Shown: one piece after another, positions 63,146 through 64,000 of the stretch
Layout: each line of letters starts with the position of its first letter
Position numbering within the stretch: position 1 is the stretch's first letter
Virus record (IMG/VR): IMGVR_UViG_3300031787_007614
Span: 124,001 to 188,000 of that record
DNA length: 64,000 nt
Strand: one strand, 5' to 3'
Notes under the pieces: model-generated
Databases searched by the model: none
What the model saw: the letters and a program-made list of their open reading frames with translations, nothing else
What the model was told of the DNA's origin: nothing
Made by a program: the position numbers and the translations under genes

Positions 63146-64000
63146 TCTAATTTTTCCTGAGTAAAGGGATAGTTAGCTTCTTTATAAAATTGCTTGCGTT
63201 TGGTCAAGTGTCGTTTTGCAAATTTGCATGTTGAAGTTATGTCCCAGATTTGAACATGCTCTTTGTCTTCGGCTTTTCTTATGCCGCGTCCAATGCTTTG
63301 GATAACGCGGACAAAACTTTTCCCGGGTTCCACAAGAACCAAATTAAAAATCCTAGGGATATTAATACCCACAGCGGCAACACCATAGGTAGCCACAATA
63401 ATCTTATCAGTGCTGTCCGCCACTTCGTCATATTCGTCTTGTCTATCTTTTGCTTTGGTTGCACCTGACACAAACACCGCACGTTCGCCCAGTCGTTCTA
63501 CCAATTGTCTACCACATTCGGTGCGATCAACCAGTACCAGAGTGTTGCCTGTTTCATTTACATGGCGTATGAGTTCGGCCATGGCATCCAGTCTGCCTGA
63601 CTCTTCCAACAAGTATTTAAGCTCGCTTTGGTAGTTGGCGTACTCCACATGGTCCTGCAACTGCACAATGTTCACATGGCACTGCGCCAGCACCCCTTGT
63701 TGTTGTAGTTCATTGGCACTGAGCTTGCTGATCACTGGACCCAGGCTTACCAATAGGGCTTGGCTTTCAAACTTCTCTTTGGGCACAGTACCGGTCAATC
63801 CCCAGCGAATTGGCACTCTAGCCATTACGCTGGTCAGCAGAGTTTTGAGTGCGTCTGCCTTGGCCATGTGTACTTCGTCTACCATTACACATACCACATC
63901 CTCAATAAAGTCCTGTATGGTCACTTCACCAACACCTGCCTTGGTATTCTTCAGCAGTACATTTAAACTCTGCCAAGTGCAGATGGTATGTGTGCGTCCG
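63127..64000 (-). CDS. SF2 helicase (UvsW-like), 5' end outside window
   Basis: TWQSL, VDEVH, GLTGT, GINIP, QSIGRGIR; frame open to the window end. Confidence 0.92.
   Translation of the reverse strand, partial: GRTHTICTWQSLNVLLKNTKAGVGEVTIQDFIEDVVCVMVDEVHMAKADALKTLLTSVMARVPIRWGLTGTVPKEKFESQALLVSLGPVISKLSANELQQQGVLAQCHVNIVQLQDHVEYANYQSELKYLLEESGRLDAMAELIRHVNETGNTLVLVDRTECGRQLVERLGERAVFVSGATKAKDRQDEYDEVADSTDKIIVATYGVAAVGINIPRIFNLVLVEPGKSFVRVIQSIGRGIRKAEDKEHVQIWDITSTCKFAKRHLTKRKQFYKEANYPFTQEKLEWMKIK

Noticed and set aside
1041-63966. Many ORF-track entries antisense to or nested in recognised genes (e.g. 1919..2101, 3820..4572, 8861..9397, 12681..13082, 39264..39779)
   Set aside because: Shadow frames with no SD/promoter context and no motifs
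1-64000. CRISPR array, rRNA, integrase or transposase
   Set aside because: No regularly spaced repeat-spacer series, rRNA-like sequence or recombinase motif seen
1-64000. Stop-codon reassignment
   Set aside because: The standard code gives full-length, densely packed genes, and all three stops terminate genes

Overview
This is a 64-kb, gene-dense slice of a large lytic tailed dsDNA phage, distantly T4-like. It encodes a gp41-like helicase, gp61-like primase, gp62-like clamp-loader subunit, UvsW-like helicase, ATP-dependent ligase, NrdAB with glutaredoxin, a PAAR spike and tail/baseplate proteins. Most genes are on the minus strand. Host-like genes (pstS, iscU/iscA, phasin, clpP/X/S) look proteobacterial, plausibly from a PHA-storing betaproteobacterium (inference). 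The accessory load is unusual: a csgF-csgG-curlin-fecR block facing a CHASE2 class III cyclase, a stand-alone copy of that cyclase's C-terminus next to a metallophosphoesterase, two ClpPs plus ClpX, ClpS and Hsp20, ribosomal protein bS21, an unannotated ArfA-like 50-aa peptide, a 192-aa minimal DnaE, an NTase/ligase-like fusion, two desaturases, and an amidinotransferase/UDP-glucose dehydrogenase cluster. Regulation is readable from the sequence: near-consensus sigma70 promoters (several leaderless), a TAAATA late-type motif often abutting hairpins, ROSE-like thermometers, a PhaR-like operator, a pho-box-like repeat and a roughly 170-nt candidate structured RNA. I found no CRISPR array, rRNA, convincing tRNA or integrase. 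All family calls come from motif recognition by eye; no database search was run.
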